A DNA stretch of 64,000 nucleotides from Torpedo marmorata. Its lineage: Eukaryota. This document shows, piece by piece, positions 62,330 to 64,000 of this stretch (positions are counted from its first letter, which is position 1; each line of letters begins with the position of its first letter). Under the pieces are notes generated by a model, which saw only the letters and a program-made list of their open reading frames with translations, was not told where the DNA came from and did no database searches. The position numbers were made by a program, and so were the translations under genes. The stretch lies in contig OZ360233.1 in the NCBI GenBank assembly GCA_977017645.1, positions 18,352,001 through 18,416,000 on the forward strand. The letters run 5' to 3'.

Positions 62330-63279
62330 CCGGCTGTGCGCTTGAAGAGCGAAACAGGTGTAATGCACATGCATTTCGCGAGCGTCACGTGGTCTCCTTC
62401 AGAGGATGAAACTCAGCGCAAAACTCGCCCGAATTTCAGCAATTCGTCTTTGTTACGAACCGTACGCATGAGCACAAATAAGCAATTTTCATAGGTTTAA
62501 CGGGGCATCTCAGTGTCGTTTATAAACAACAACACACAACGGTTGACAATTCTCCCGGAAATCGTCTATAAACCACTTTTTTCGAGTTTCTCGTAATTGT
62601 TACACCGGGGTTAAAGGGAAACATGGAGAGAGAGTAAACTTTTCATTCCCAAAACATCGTATAAGGTGTCACGTGCAAGGCTACTTCCCAAAAGATAAAT
62701 TAAGTTAGATTATTCTGCATGGATGAAGGAAACGACTCGTTAAAAGAAAACAAGTAGTGGAGACAAATCGGCAATTATCCGATGGACAATTAATTACTGG
62801 TCGAGAGCCACATCATTCAATGTGTTGTCTCATCGAGTGAACATCCACGTTATTTATCTCGAGCCAATGTCCTTGCGTCATGTCATGGCATTGGCGATTG
62901 ATACAGCGAAAGGTGGATTAGAAAGGAGTGAGTGGGAAGAGAAATAGAGAGGGGAGAGAGAGTAGTTCGCAAGTATCACAGAGAATGACAGAGGAGAGAG
63001 GGAGTGAGAGAGGGAAAGAGAGGGAAATGGGGGGAGGGGAGAAAGAGGGAGGGAGAGAGATACGAAATATGAAGAGAGTGAAAAATGAGAGAAAAAAGAC
63101 TGCGAATGGCGACCGATTGGCTCAGCTCTGTTTCACCACAAAATCACGCAGCAGTGTGATACCACGTTTTTTCACCAAGTGAAGACTGCCTGCTGGTATT
63201 ATTGTACTGCACCATATAGGTCGAGGTACAAAGCCCTTGAAAGTAACCAGTCCCTCGCTGGAGCCTGCTGCCACACACC

Positions 63280-63711
63280 ATGCGTGGACCGGGTCCCTAT
63301 ATTGGCCGTGTTGCCTGCCGGATCTCTGTTACAGTGGCCAGAGTGGGTCCCGCGGGATACGTAGAAGCCCAGGCTGTTCACGAACTCATTTCAGGAACGT
63401 GTGGGAGACTTTCAGTGACCTTGGACCGAGGAAGGATAGACCGTAGTACTGAACTGTAGTTACCCGATAGGTGGTGAACATACTTTTGGTGCATTCTGCA
63501 TCGTCGGGTGGGGTTGCAGAGTATTCGTTGAAGGAAGTCAGCACAGGAAACATGGGCCAGCCACCAGAATGTCCGGAGAGGTTTACCGCTCTTCTATAGA
63601 AGACAGCAGGATGGCTCATCTAAATATTACCCCGCTGTTGCTGTCGCACTCCGTCGTGTATCTTGGTGCCATGCAGCCCACACTGTTGCAGGGCGATGGA
63701 GAACAAAAGCC
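63280..63711 (+). pseudogene. TCR V pseudogene (family 3)
   Basis: Leader lacks GT donor, frameshifts, VYLGAMQP; RSS CACACTG-17-ACAAAAGCC. Confidence 0.8.
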
Positions 63712-64000
63712 GATCATGTGTGCTACAAAGAGCGTGCACGAGAGTTGGCCATAGCATGAAATCCAAAGTGACAGCAAGTAAAATGCGTGGGTCACGTGGT
63801 CTCCATTAAAAGGGCGATAATCGGGAGCAAATATTCCCCAATTTTCAGGAATTGATCCTAAATTCGACTAATACCCCCAATCACAGATAGAGCCATCATA
63901 TTGGATTTATACCATGAGGACGCCAGAGGGCGCGCTGAGGCGGGAAAGTGTCGGAAGCGACGCTCAGAAAAAGAATTCACCGTAGCTTGAGGAATTTATA

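Noticed and set aside
1-64000. NAR-TCR cassettes, IgH-like (TAIL) V segments, D, J or C exons
   Set aside because: All open V exons have leaders and TCR-type motifs; I found no FGxG J segment, no 12-RSS-flanked D, and no C1 domain. A short D could be missed by eye.

Overview
Eukaryotic (vertebrate) genomic DNA: part of an unrearranged antigen-receptor variable-segment array, most consistent with the T-cell receptor alpha/delta V region of a cartilaginous fish (taxon and TRA/TRD assignment are inferences from V motifs and repeat content). All V segments lie on the + strand with the layout 46-nt leader exon, 76-86 nt phase-1 intron, V exon (Cys-Trp-Cys), RSS (mostly CACACTG, 23-bp spacer, ACAAAAACT-like). 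I count 15 V exons with open frames and about 16 pseudogenes or relics. No D, J or C exon was found. Left part (1-42.6 kb): family-1 V genes in nested segmental duplications (about 20.9 kb and about 3.9 kb), with CR1, L1-clade, Rex1/Babar and Penelope-like insertions. Right part (42.6-64 kb): a ~2.45-kb tandem array of six family-2 V genes flanked by family-3 pseudogenes. Most notable: (1) seven V genes have two tandem leader exons; the distal one is always intact while the proximal one is dead in 3 of 7; (2) an unpaired third cysteine in 14 of 15 open V exons; (3) V-less RSS relics in which the V exon was cleanly removed at the heptamer; (4) a tailless tRNA-Cys 5'-half retrocopy with a target-site duplication in a V promoter; (5) a pseudogene family sharing a 17-bp RSS spacer. 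Coordinates were counted by hand; repeat boundaries are approximate.
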